64,000 nucleotides of DNA from Candidatus Helarchaeota archaeon (GCA_019058315.1 JAHPZH010000004.1:192001-256000), one strand, 5' to 3'. Positions 9,797 to 19,182 are shown, counted from the stretch's first letter. Program-made: numbers and translations. Notes: a model not told the origin generated them from the letters alone.

Positions 9797-10996
9797 ATAC
9801 CCGACGCAATTAAACCCAAAAAAAAAGCGCTAGGCGACAACGATTATTTATTATCTTATTCGCGTCATCTTGAAAGACGCATAAGAGCACTAGAAACAGA
9901 AAAACAAATATTAGAAGCTGAAAAAATTCGATTTGAACGGGAAATTCGCACTCTTAAAAATGAATTGGACAGAATGAGACAGACACCTTTAGTTACAGCT
10001 GAAATTATTGATACTTTAGAAGACGGTCGAGTAGTTGTTAAAAGTTCTACTGGTCCCAATTTTGTTGTCCACGCGTCATCTAGAATTCCTAAAAGTGATT
10101 TAAAAGCAGGAAGTCGCGTTTCGCTTAATCAGAGACATTTTTCCGTCATGGAAGTCTTACCTGGCGAAACTGACCCATTTGTAAGGGGTATGGAAGTAGA
10201 GACCGCCCCACCTGTAACCTATGCAGATATTGGAGGTCTTGAAGATCAAATCAGAGAACTTAAAGAAACAGTTGAGCTTCCTTTAAAACACCCAGAACTT
10301 TTTATTAAGGTTGGAATCGAACCTCCTAAAGGAGTTCTTTTATGCGGTCCTCCAGGAACTGGAAAAACATTGACTGCAAGAGCTGTTGCTCATGAAACTA
10401 ATGCTACATTTATTCGGGTAATAGCAAGTGAACTCGTCCAAAAATTTATCGGTGAAGGGGCAAGATTAGTACGAGAAATATTCCTTATGGCCAGAGATAA
10501 AGCCCCAACAATAGTATTTATTGATGAATTGGACGCCATTGGCTGCAAGCGTCTTGAAGTTGCTACATCTGGAGACAGAGAAGTTCAAAGAACATTAATG
10601 CAATTACTATCCACTTTAGATGGCTTTGATTCAAGAGGCGAGGTCAGGATAGTCGCTGCCACAAACCGTCCGGATATAATAGATCCTGCTTTATTGAGAC
10701 CTGGTCGATTTGATCGTATTGTAGAATTTCCATTTCCTAATGCTGAAGCAAGACTTCAAATATTTAAAATTCATACTCGTTTAATGAACTTAGAAGAAAC
10801 CGTTGATTTTAATAAATTGGTTAAAATGACTGATGGTGCTTCTGGTGCGGATATAAGAACAATCGCTGTTGAAGCAGGAATGTTTGCAATCCGAGAATTT
10901 AGAGAACAAATTAAAGAAGATGATTTTCTAAAGGCCATCGATAAAGTAATTGGCAGGGAAGAAATTTCTGAAGCACCCGATAGGATTTATATGTAA
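9797..10996 (+). CDS. pan: Proteasome-activating nucleotidase (AAA+ ATPase); start placed at an ATA codon, upstream of the ORF-track start at 9965
   Basis: GPPGTGKT, IVFIDELD, ATNRPDIIDPALLRPGRFDR, C-terminal HbYX motif (IYM). The N-terminal coiled coil (YSRHLERRIRALETEKQILEAEKIRFEREIRTLKNEL) is in frame upstream of 9965. Product call is secure; start is uncertain. Confidence 0.95.
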   Translation: MPDAIKPKKKALGDNDYLLSYSRHLERRIRALETEKQILEAEKIRFEREIRTLKNELDRMRQTPLVTAEIIDTLEDGRVVVKSSTGPNFVVHASSRIPKSDLKAGSRVSLNQRHFSVMEVLPGETDPFVRGMEVETAPPVTYADIGGLEDQIRELKETVELPLKHPELFIKVGIEPPKGVLLCGPPGTGKTLTARAVAHETNATFIRVIASELVQKFIGEGARLVREIFLMARDKAPTIVFIDELDAIGCKRLEVATSGDREVQRTLMQLLSTLDGFDSRGEVRIVAATNRPDIIDPALLRPGRFDRIVEFPFPNAEARLQIFKIHTRLMNLEETVDFNKLVKMTDGASGADIRTIAVEAGMFAIREFREQIKEDDFLKAIDKVIGREEISEAPDRIYM

Positions 10997-11021
10997 ATTT
11001 CCTTTTTTTTTATAATTTTTC
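10997..11021 (+). terminator. Oligo-T tract after pan, archaeal-type terminator candidate
   Basis: tttccttttttttttataattttt-like T-rich tract directly after the stop. Confidence 0.4.
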
Positions 11022-11026
11022 AGTTA

Positions 11027-11542
11027 GTGTTTAATAATTTGCAAAGACTTAGCAAGGACAATGATGATAATTTTTATTTTCTATTACAAAAAATTAGAAG
11101 TATTGCATGCTATTTATTCCATTTGAATATTCAAGAATCAGAGTTATTTTTCCCTGATAACATTGAAATTGAGATATCTAAAAAAACTCAGAGGATCAGA
11201 TATATATTTATCGATGAAAAATTAATTTGTTCAATAAGACCAAACGATGGGTTAATACTTCTAACTATAATGGGTGGTGAAATTTTAAAAAAGATAATTA
11301 AACCTCCCAGATTGCGAGTAAAAATCAATGATGAAGTCGCAGAATTTGTGAGTCAAGGTCGAAATGTCTTTGCTAAACATGTAGTTGATGCAGATATTGA
11401 AATACGTCCTCATTCAGAAGTATTAGTTGTTAATGAATCTGACGATTTATTAGCCATAGGAAAAGCGAATTTAAATCGTGAAGAGATGCTAGCATTCCAA
11501 AAAGGTGTTGCAGTAAAAGTGAGACATGGATCCAAAAAATAA
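11027..11542 (+). CDS. PUA-domain RNA-binding protein (stand-alone archaeosine TGT C-terminal type)
   Basis: SKKTQRIRYI, RPNDG..LT..G, GRNVFAKHVVDAD..IRP..EVLVV, GVAVKVRHG. Confidence 0.88.
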   Translation: MFNNLQRLSKDNDDNFYFLLQKIRSIACYLFHLNIQESELFFPDNIEIEISKKTQRIRYIFIDEKLICSIRPNDGLILLTIMGGEILKKIIKPPRLRVKINDEVAEFVSQGRNVFAKHVVDADIEIRPHSEVLVVNESDDLLAIGKANLNREEMLAFQKGVAVKVRHGSKK

Positions 11543-11545
11543 AAA

Positions 11546-12004
11546 TTATTTTTCTTTAAGTATAATTATTGCTTTGGCTAAATTTCCTTTAGATTCTATC
11601 AAAGCTTTTTCTGCCTCTTCAAGGGATACTCCTGCTTGGTTAGAGACTAGTTTTATATCTTCTGAAGGTGGTTCATATTCCTGAACCTCGTCAATTTCAA
11701 CCGGTTCTTTGGGAGTCTCTTCCACTACTTGCTCTATCTCTTCCCCTTCTAAAGTTTGTTCTGTCCCTGTTCCCACTATCTGATAAACCTCTCCTTGCTG
11801 TAATAGCATTTTTGTAACATTTTCAGGAGTATTAATTACTATTTTATTATCATTTGTGTAAATTACAACTTTTTCTACATTCTCTATTTCGGTCATATCC
11901 ATGCCTTGTTTACCCATCTTCCGCATCATCTTTTTCATAGATCTTGAACTACTGCCTTCTTTTTGAGCTTTTAACTGTTTTTGTAATTTCTGCCATTTTG
12001 GCAT
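11546..12004 (-). CDS. nac: Nascent polypeptide-associated complex protein
   Basis: MKKMMRKMG, NAC beta-barrel (VEKVVI...YQIVG), C-terminal UBA-like EDIKLVSNQAGVSLEEAEKAL..GNLAKAI. Confidence 0.93.
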   Translation of the reverse strand: MPKWQKLQKQLKAQKEGSSSRSMKKMMRKMGKQGMDMTEIENVEKVVIYTNDNKIVINTPENVTKMLLQQGEVYQIVGTGTEQTLEGEEIEQVVEETPKEPVEIDEVQEYEPPSEDIKLVSNQAGVSLEEAEKALIESKGNLAKAIIILKEK

Positions 12005-12022
12005 ATTAAATACCTTCAGATT

Positions 12023-12358
12023 TTAAGTGTTCGGAATTGGATAGATATAGAATAACATACAAATAAATACAAAAAATAGACATACCACTACCCACTGCCA
12101 GAAATATCTACTGCAAATCTCTGGATCATCTTTATATTTTTCGACTATTCCAGAAAGTCCGAGAGTAACTATTCCTAAAATTACAAAAGGAAATCCAATT
12201 GCTGAATCTCTTGTATTAAAATTCAATGGACCTACAACCAATAAACCTAACCACGCAAGGAATCCTAAAAAGAACCATACACTTATGTAGAGGAGAATTT
12301 TATGTAAAGAATAATTTTCGGGCATAATTTCTTCTTTCCTATTTAAATGAAATTTCAA
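12023..12358 (-). CDS. Small membrane protein, about 3 TM helices
   Basis: Three hydrophobic segments. Likely start is the ATG of MPENY. Confidence 0.65.
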   Translation of the reverse strand: MKFHLNRKEEIMPENYSLHKILLYISVWFFLGFLAWLGLLVVGPLNFNTRDSAIGFPFVILGIVTLGLSGIVEKYKDDPEICSRYFWQWVVVCLFFVFICMLFYIYPIPNT

Positions 12359-12587
12359 TCACATTGAGTGTAATATACCTATATGTTATAAATTTCTTTT
12401 CTACTATTGCTTTCTTTTACTATATATTTAAAAATTGGTAAATTTTACAAATCAAAAAGATTTTAATTTGCCCGTAATAATAATAAAAATACAATTGTAT
12501 TAATATAATTATATGTTCTGACTACGAATTAGAAGAAATTTTTAATTCTATGAAGTATATATGTTAAAATTAAGGTTGTGAAATAAT

Positions 12588-12968
12588 TTGAGCGATAAAG
12601 GTGGAGGCTTATTACAATTACTCCAAGATTTTTCGAATGATACTGGAATAACGGCGAGTGCTATTGTCTCTCGCGATGGTTTAGTTATGGCTTCAAATTT
12701 ACCGAAAACTGGATTTGAAGAGGACACCGTAGCTGCTAATGCAGCAAGAATTTTGTTTTTAGGAGAATCAACTGGTAAGGAATTACAAAAAGGGGATTTA
12801 AAACAAGTGCTCTTAAAATATGATCAAGGATCAGTTGTGCTAGCAGGTGCTGGACCCTATGCAGCAGTATTAGCTGTTACAACTGAAGAAGAAAGAATAG
12901 AATCTGGTGCAATGTTATTTGCAGTCAATATTCTTGCAAAGAAAGTGAAAAAATTATTAGAAGGATGA
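12588..12968 (+). CDS. Roadblock/LC7 (MglB-like) domain protein
   Basis: GITASAIVSRDGLVMASNLP, ELQKGDLKQVLL...GSVVL..AG. Confidence 0.92.
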   Translation: MSDKGGGLLQLLQDFSNDTGITASAIVSRDGLVMASNLPKTGFEEDTVAANAARILFLGESTGKELQKGDLKQVLLKYDQGSVVLAGAGPYAAVLAVTTEEERIESGAMLFAVNILAKKVKKLLEG

Positions 12969-13050
12969 ATTAGGATTTATAATATTAGTTAAATTAAATT
13001 TTTCTTTTTTCTAATTACCCTTAAAAATTAGTTAGCTCATTCAAAATTAT

Positions 13051-13070
13051 AAAAGATTTATATATCTTTT
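13051..13070 (+). promoter_or_regulatory. Candidate TATA box for alba, inside a near-palindrome
   Basis: AAAAGATTTATATATCTTTT: A-rich BRE-like run plus TTTATATA, about 140 nt upstream of the alba ATG. Confidence 0.45.
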
Positions 13071-13203
13071 TTTAATATTACAACCAGACTCTTTAGAATA
13101 TTCATATCTTTCAGAGCTAAATCTGGAGAATATTCAAAGCGATGGTAACACGTGATTAAAGAGAATCTGAAAATTGTAAGCTGGAAAAAGGTGACAAAGA
13201 AAA

Positions 13204-13491
13204 ATGTCAAATGATAAAAAAGATAATTCGATTTTTATTGGACAAAAAGATACAATGAGCTACGTACTAGCTTGTATAACAGCGGTCCAGGCTGGAGCCA
13301 AAGAATTGATTTTAAAAGCTCGAGGTAGAGCTATTAGTAGAGCTGTTGATGTTGCAGAAATCTGTAAAAATAGATTTATGAAAGATCAAGTTCAAATTGA
13401 TAAAATTGATATAGGGACTGAACAAATACAAAGCAAAGACCGCGGAACATTTAGTGTTAGTACAATGGAAATAACTTTAAAATTTAAATAA
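13204..13491 (+). CDS. albA: DNA/RNA-binding protein Alba
   Basis: IFIGQK..MSYVLA, LKARGRAISRAVDVAE, VSTMEITL; SD AGGTGA upstream. Confidence 0.97.
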   Translation: MSNDKKDNSIFIGQKDTMSYVLACITAVQAGAKELILKARGRAISRAVDVAEICKNRFMKDQVQIDKIDIGTEQIQSKDRGTFSVSTMEITLKFK

Positions 13492-13528
13492 TATGTAAGG
13501 CATTATGCCATCCAATTTTTTTTATTTT

Positions 13529-14638
13529 TTAATATGATACATATTTTCTCAATGAACGAATAATTTTAAGTAAATTTCTTATATGTTTATCTTTTTCTTC
13601 AACTTTTTCTTCTAAATTTGTTAGTTCTTGGGTTTTATCTATAAGTTCATCTTGAAATTTAGTGATTTGATCTACTAAATGTTCCATTGCCTCTTTGTCT
13701 CCCTCTAACATCATAAGGCTTTTTTGTCGCTCTTCCTCCGTCTCAATTAATCTGGTTTCTAGTTTTTTAACTTCGGTTTTTAACTCTATTCTTTCTAATT
13801 TGTCCTTCAATTTTGTTTCTTCGTCTATTTTTATTTCCGTTGAAGTTTCTATCGTTTCAGCTGGAATAAATTTTTGTTCTAAAGTTTGTAATTCAATTTC
13901 ACTTAATTTATTCAAACCCTCAGTTAAAATTGCTATAATTTTCATTAGTAAATCAAAGGAATAATCAAGTACAATTTTTTTATATTCTTTGATTGGAGTA
14001 GAACTCTCTTCAAAGATGTATGATACAATCATTCCAGGAATCACAACAAATTTATCCGGTGTTCCTGTATAAAAATTTGCAAAATTTAATTTATCTTCTT
14101 TATATTCAGAATATTTTGCATCAGTTGCATTCTTAGTTGTCTTTGACCAAATTTCTCTTATCATATTAGAAGTTAAATCAAGAGCTTTTTTGAAGGCTTG
14201 GAATACAATAAAAGGTTTTTCTCCTTCTGATTGTTTTTGAATTAAAATAATTCCTACTATATCTGGTGCGATTTTTTTGAATTTTTCTAAGAAATCAGGT
14301 AGGATTTCTAAGAAATTAGGAATAATTATATCAGTAGTTAGATTAGGTAGAATTTTTCGAAAATTTGATGGATTTTCGCTCCTATCTAGTAATAATGAGA
14401 CAATATAATTTGGTGCTGGCCCGACATATTTCGTGGTTTTGAGTCCAGTAAAATAACTTGCAACTTTTAGATTTTTCATTGCTAAACTTCCAAAATTGGG
14501 CTCTAGGCTATTCTGTCTATGAACATTATAAATAGACATTACATCTTTTACATCTAATTTAGAAACTTGTGGATGTTGTGCGACTAAATAAGCACCAATA
14601 TCATCTCGCCATGAAATCAAGGCTATTCCATTTACCAA
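13529..14638 (-). CDS. Tandem longin/uDENN-like domains plus C-terminal coiled coil
   Basis: N-terminus GIALISWRDDIGAYLVAQHP. Internal duplication KVASYFTG...NYIVSLLL versus NFANFYTG...GMIVSYIF. Heptad-rich C-terminus. Confidence 0.55.
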   Translation of the reverse strand: MVNGIALISWRDDIGAYLVAQHPQVSKLDVKDVMSIYNVHRQNSLEPNFGSLAMKNLKVASYFTGLKTTKYVGPAPNYIVSLLLDRSENPSNFRKILPNLTTDIIIPNFLEILPDFLEKFKKIAPDIVGIILIQKQSEGEKPFIVFQAFKKALDLTSNMIREIWSKTTKNATDAKYSEYKEDKLNFANFYTGTPDKFVVIPGMIVSYIFEESSTPIKEYKKIVLDYSFDLLMKIIAILTEGLNKLSEIELQTLEQKFIPAETIETSTEIKIDEETKLKDKLERIELKTEVKKLETRLIETEEERQKSLMMLEGDKEAMEHLVDQITKFQDELIDKTQELTNLEEKVEEKDKHIRNLLKIIRSLRKYVSY

Positions 14639-14796
14639 TTTTAATCCTCAATTTATTTTTCAATATATTTGAATTATTCTTTAAATTTGCATTTTAACAT
14701 TAAACAAATATTAATATTGATTATGATTTAAAATTTAAATTATTTAAGAATTAAATAATTATAATATTTGCTAAAATAGACAAAGGAAACGAATTA

Positions 14797-14982
14797 ATGG
14801 GAAAATTATTAAGAAAATGTACTATTTGCAATAAATACACTATTAATAAATTAATATGTCCCTATTGTGGAGGACAAACTAAAAATTCACACCCTCCAAA
14901 ATTTTCGATACAAGACAAATATGGTAAATATCGTCGTGCGGCTAAAAAACTAGCTGAAAAAAACGATAAAAATATTGAATGA
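14797..14982 (+). CDS. nop10: H/ACA RNP protein Nop10
   Basis: LRKCxxCxxYT...CPxCGGxT...HPPKFSxxDKYGKYRR. Confidence 0.96.
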   Translation: MGKLLRKCTICNKYTINKLICPYCGGQTKNSHPPKFSIQDKYGKYRRAAKKLAEKNDKNIE

Positions 14983-15043
14983 AAATTTATAAATCTAAAA
15001 TTAAGCTAAATTGTTTATCTGACTTTTTTTAGGAAGGTTAAAA

Positions 15044-18000
15044 ATGAGTGGAAACGAAAAAGTTGAGGATGTAGCAGAAAAAGCACTTATCGAACTCGGC
15101 TTATCTGAAAAAGAAACTTCTGCTTACTTAAGCATTACCGGCAGAGGACCTGTTAGTATTGGTGAAATCGCTATTCACGGTCAATTAAAAGAAGAAGAAG
15201 CAAAATCTGTAGCAAATAAATTAATAGATTTAGGGTTATTAAAAGTTACACCCGGAACAACACCAAGATATGAAGCTATCCCCCCTTATTCTGCCTTACT
15301 AAAACAACTAACTGAATTTGGAGATTTACTCGAATCTTTAAAAAAATCTGTTCCAAAAGAACTTTCAGATCAATTTGATAAATTTGTAAATTCAGTTGGT
15401 GAATTAACTGGATTACAGGACTTTTTAGAATATGTTAAATTAATTAAGGATGAGGTTCCTGCAGCATTAATTAATCAATTTATTACATTCGAAGATGAAT
15501 TCAAAAAATTTCGTCAATTAGAAGAATTTGCTAATTTTATTAATAGTGTAAAAAATTCTACTTCAAAAACACTATCCGAAAGGTTTCAAGCCATTGAAGA
15601 TGAAATTTTATCGGTTTCAGGTTTGGAAGATTTTAAGAAATTTGCTAAATCATTAAAGGACACAGTTCCCAAAAAATTGTCCGAAGAATTTCAAGGAATA
15701 GAAACTTCTACTGAAAAAGTTGCTGGAACTGAAGAACTTTTAAAATTCATTGCTGAATCCAAGAAGGATATTCCAAAAATGCTTATGGATAGGTTCTCTG
15801 GGATAGAAGATGAATTTAAAAAAATTTCTGGTATTGAGGAATTGAGCGGATTTGCCAAAGCTATGAAGGAAGAATTTCCTCCTAGATTAAAAACTCAATT
15901 TAAAGAAATTGAAGACCAAGTAAAAGGTATTTCAGGAATAAAAGAATTAGCTATATTTGCAAAATCGATAAGAGATGAAGTGCCACCTCGATTAGAATCT
16001 CAATTTAAAAGGATAGAAGAAGAAGTTAGAGGAGTTAGTGGTGTAGATGATTTAGTTCGTTTCGCTTCAGGATTGAAATATGATGTTCCTAAAAAATTGA
16101 TGGATCAATTTTCTGGTTTTGAAGATGAAATAAAAAGTGTAGGGGAATTAGCAACTTTTAGATCCTTTATACAAGAAGTAAAAGAAAATCTTCCAGAATT
16201 AATGTCTGAGGAGTTTGGTAAATTCAAGGAGGAAATTCAAAAAATTCGAGAAAAAATATTTTCCACTAGTCAAGATCAATTTTCTGATTACATGGCAATT
16301 ATGGGTGATATTTTTGGAAAATTTATTGAGACATTCATTAATGATGTAGCTATTGATGAAATTGAGAAATTACGAGTTAAATTTGAAAGAATGGTTCTAG
16401 AAGCTGTCGAAAAAATATTAGACAACATATTAGCACAAGTAATTAAAGCATCAAAAGGGGTCACTGAACAATTTGGAAAGGTAAAAGACTGGTTGGACGA
16501 AAATGTATTAAGAGGTTTCAAAACTACATTATTAGAAGTAGAGGTTGGTGCTGAACAAGTCTCAAAAGCTGTTGAGGACGGTGTAGTAAAACTAGAAGAG
16601 TGGGTTAAAAATGAAGTTATTGATACTCTAAGTAATAATCTAGCTGAAATAGAACAAGGTTCAACTAAAGCTTCAAATGCAGTAGAAGAGGGAATAACAA
16701 AATTAAGAGATTGGTTCTTTAAAGATGTTTTAGAAAATTTGAAAAATACAATGAATGAGATAGAACAAGGCGCATCGAAGGCATCAACAGCTGTTCAGGA
16801 TGGAATTAACAAGATTCGTGATTGGTTAATGAAAGAAGTTACCAATCAATTTCTTAATTCATTGAATGAAGTTGAAACAGGTGCAAAAACCGCCGATCAG
16901 GCGATGAAAGATGGAATGGCTCGAATGAAGGTCTGGTTTGATAAAGAAATTATAGAAGACTTGAAACGGACACTTTCTGAAGTAGATCAAAGTGCTGATT
17001 CCGCTGCATCCATAATTGAAAAAGAATTTGCTGAATTACATAATTGGTTTAATAAAGATATTGTTTCTGGTGTTTCTGAAATCCTAGGAAATGTAGAACA
17101 AGAAGTTGGAAAATCGTCCAAAACTGTAGTTGAAGGATTTTCTGAGTTAAGAAAAAAATTAGAAAAAGATGTTGTAACTACTGCCAAAGATACTATGGCT
17201 AAAGTAGAAGATAAAGTGGGTTCAGCTTCCGAAATGATGACAAGTTCAATAGAAAATATGAGAAAAACTCATTCAGAAAAGGTTGTTGATAGCCTACGTA
17301 AGATGCTTGAAGATGTGGAAAATCGTGTAGGTAAATCCCAAGAAACCATGTATTCGTTATGGGAAAGAGCAAAATCTTTAGTTACGTTTCGCTTCCAAGA
17401 TGTATGGTTCGTATTAGGAAGAGAAGGTGCGAGGGCCCAAATAAATGAGACTTTAGCTAAAGCAAAGGCAAGAGCTCTAATTGTTGCACCAGAGCTTAAA
17501 GATATAGATCCAGTTCCTATATTGAACTTGAAACCCCATGTTGCTATAAGAATTTCTACTCTCATAAATACAGATGATCCAAAGAGTGCAGAAGTTTTAT
17601 CTCAATTATCTTCACGAGAGAATCTAGAATTAAGAAATTATCCCGATAAAAATATCTGGGGTATTGCTAGAGAAAATGAAGAAGTATTTATTGGCGCTGT
17701 TTCTGAATTAGGAGATATTGCAGGTATAGCTTCAGTTGTTGGAGAACATCAAAAAATGTTTGTACCTATTCTTGAAGATGCATGGCTTAAGGGAAAGAAA
17801 GTTGTTATTACCCGTACAGCTCCAAAAATTAGTGTTCCTACCCCTGCTCCTAAACCCGTTGAAGTTGCTCCAAAACTTCAAGTTAAAAAACCTCAAACTC
17901 CCGTAGATTTGAAAATAGGAAGTGTTGGGGAAATTATGAAACCCGTTTATGAAGTCGTTGAAAAGGGTGTTGTTGGTCCTATCCATGATGCATTAGAAAA

Positions 18001-18187
18001 AGCAAAAACTGATATTGCCCTTAAATTTAAATGGAGTGTATGCATTTACGAAATGGGAAACTGGATTCGAAAATTGAAAAAAGAAAATTTAACAGAACAT
18101 TTGGATCCAGATAAAAAAAATCGATTATTAAAGAAATTGGATGATTGGTTGGATAGGCTTAAACAAGTTAAACCTCTAGATTCATAA
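15044..18187 (+). CDS. TrmB-type HTH protein with long internal helical repeat arrays and a TrmB/PLD-like C-terminal region
   Basis: LIELGLSEKETSAYL...L.DLGLL...PRYEAIPP (TrmB N-terminus); 35-aa and 37-aa repeats; AKARALIVAP C-terminal domain; Pro-rich linker. Confidence 0.7.
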   Translation: MSGNEKVEDVAEKALIELGLSEKETSAYLSITGRGPVSIGEIAIHGQLKEEEAKSVANKLIDLGLLKVTPGTTPRYEAIPPYSALLKQLTEFGDLLESLKKSVPKELSDQFDKFVNSVGELTGLQDFLEYVKLIKDEVPAALINQFITFEDEFKKFRQLEEFANFINSVKNSTSKTLSERFQAIEDEILSVSGLEDFKKFAKSLKDTVPKKLSEEFQGIETSTEKVAGTEELLKFIAESKKDIPKMLMDRFSGIEDEFKKISGIEELSGFAKAMKEEFPPRLKTQFKEIEDQVKGISGIKELAIFAKSIRDEVPPRLESQFKRIEEEVRGVSGVDDLVRFASGLKYDVPKKLMDQFSGFEDEIKSVGELATFRSFIQEVKENLPELMSEEFGKFKEEIQKIREKIFSTSQDQFSDYMAIMGDIFGKFIETFINDVAIDEIEKLRVKFERMVLEAVEKILDNILAQVIKASKGVTEQFGKVKDWLDENVLRGFKTTLLEVEVGAEQVSKAVEDGVVKLEEWVKNEVIDTLSNNLAEIEQGSTKASNAVEEGITKLRDWFFKDVLENLKNTMNEIEQGASKASTAVQDGINKIRDWLMKEVTNQFLNSLNEVETGAKTADQAMKDGMARMKVWFDKEIIEDLKRTLSEVDQSADSAASIIEKEFAELHNWFNKDIVSGVSEILGNVEQEVGKSSKTVVEGFSELRKKLEKDVVTTAKDTMAKVEDKVGSASEMMTSSIENMRKTHSEKVVDSLRKMLEDVENRVGKSQETMYSLWERAKSLVTFRFQDVWFVLGREGARAQINETLAKAKARALIVAPELKDIDPVPILNLKPHVAIRISTLINTDDPKSAEVLSQLSSRENLELRNYPDKNIWGIARENEEVFIGAVSELGDIAGIASVVGEHQKMFVPILEDAWLKGKKVVITRTAPKISVPTPAPKPVEVAPKLQVKKPQTPVDLKIGSVGEIMKPVYEVVEKGVVGPIHDALEKAKTDIALKFKWSVCIYEMGNWIRKLKKENLTEHLDPDKKNRLLKKLDDWLDRLKQVKPLDS

Positions 18188-18197
18188 AAAGTCTAAT

Positions 18198-19037
18198 TTA
18201 GCCTCCAGGGAATATAATTTTTAACGGCACTCCATATTGCCTCATTTTTTTTGATATATATGGGTTTTCTCTTTTAATTCGAAATGCCATGCCACAAGCG
18301 TTATCTTTTTTTGACCTTCTACGTCCTGGACCTGAATATGGAACTATTTCTAAAAATTTATACAACTCATTAGCTAACTCTTTATATTTAGCAGAATCGG
18401 CTCTTAATATACGATAAATTACTTCAGGGTTGTATTTTAATTCCTGAGCCATCTTATTTGCTGTGCGAATTCCCCAATATACTTCAGGCATATCCTTCGA
18501 AATATAATCGCTCCAATACGCTTCAGCCATCGCATCTACTATCTTCTTTACTTTGGGATACTTTGGAGGTTCAACTGAGGATATGTAAGGATATAACGTG
18601 CTTAAATTTCCATCAATGAAAACAAATAATGCATCTTCCTTCATTTCAATAGATGTTTTAAAACCTCGCATTTTATTTCCAATTTTTTCTATAATTTCTC
18701 TAACTTTTTCAATAGAATTTCCAGTTTTTTTATAATTAATCGTGAGAATATTGGATGGGTTGAAAATAGATTTTTTCTCTTGAATGAAACCTAGTTGTCG
18801 TATCATAATCATCTTTGAGGTAAATCTAATAAAACTATATTCATTATCAACTGATATATGAAAAGAAATTAAAATATTATAATCATTATTCGATGATTTC
18901 TCAATATTCAATGTATCTTCTTGTAAGAGAATTTGCTTTATTTCCAAATTATTAGAAAGATCATCAAGATTGTTCAATTCATCTTCTAAAATATTCCAAT
19001 TGTTTTGGACTTTATTATAAAGAATAGAATTAGACAT
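18198..19037 (-). CDS. Hypothetical protein
   Basis: 279-aa ORF with SD-like AAGGA upstream; no recognised motif. Confidence 0.65.
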   Translation of the reverse strand: MSNSILYNKVQNNWNILEDELNNLDDLSNNLEIKQILLQEDTLNIEKSSNNDYNILISFHISVDNEYSFIRFTSKMIMIRQLGFIQEKKSIFNPSNILTINYKKTGNSIEKVREIIEKIGNKMRGFKTSIEMKEDALFVFIDGNLSTLYPYISSVEPPKYPKVKKIVDAMAEAYWSDYISKDMPEVYWGIRTANKMAQELKYNPEVIYRILRADSAKYKELANELYKFLEIVPYSGPGRRRSKKDNACGMAFRIKRENPYISKKMRQYGVPLKIIFPGG

Positions 19038-19059
19038 ATTATCAATCCTTATTTTTTAT

Positions 19060-19132
19060 AAGTGTGCAAAATATTTATACATTTTCACACAGTAAAAGTG
19101 TAGGAAAATATGCTTATATTTTCTCACAGTAA
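19060..19132. promoter_or_regulatory. Two tandem palindromic ~36-bp units in a divergent promoter
   Basis: AAGTGTGCAAAATATTTATACATTTTCACACAGTAA followed by AAGTGTAGGAAAATATGCTTATATTTTCTCACAGTAA. Confidence 0.6.
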
Positions 19133-19182
19133 TAATTATAATAGGACAATATTTTGAAATTAAATTTTGAAAGTGATAAAAA

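Noticed and set aside
419-17986. Short ORFs overlapping housekeeping genes (e.g. 419, 666, 1203, 3290, 3788, 9141, 9865, 13695, 16288-17986)
   Set aside because: Opposite-strand overlaps of well-supported genes with no recognisable motifs.
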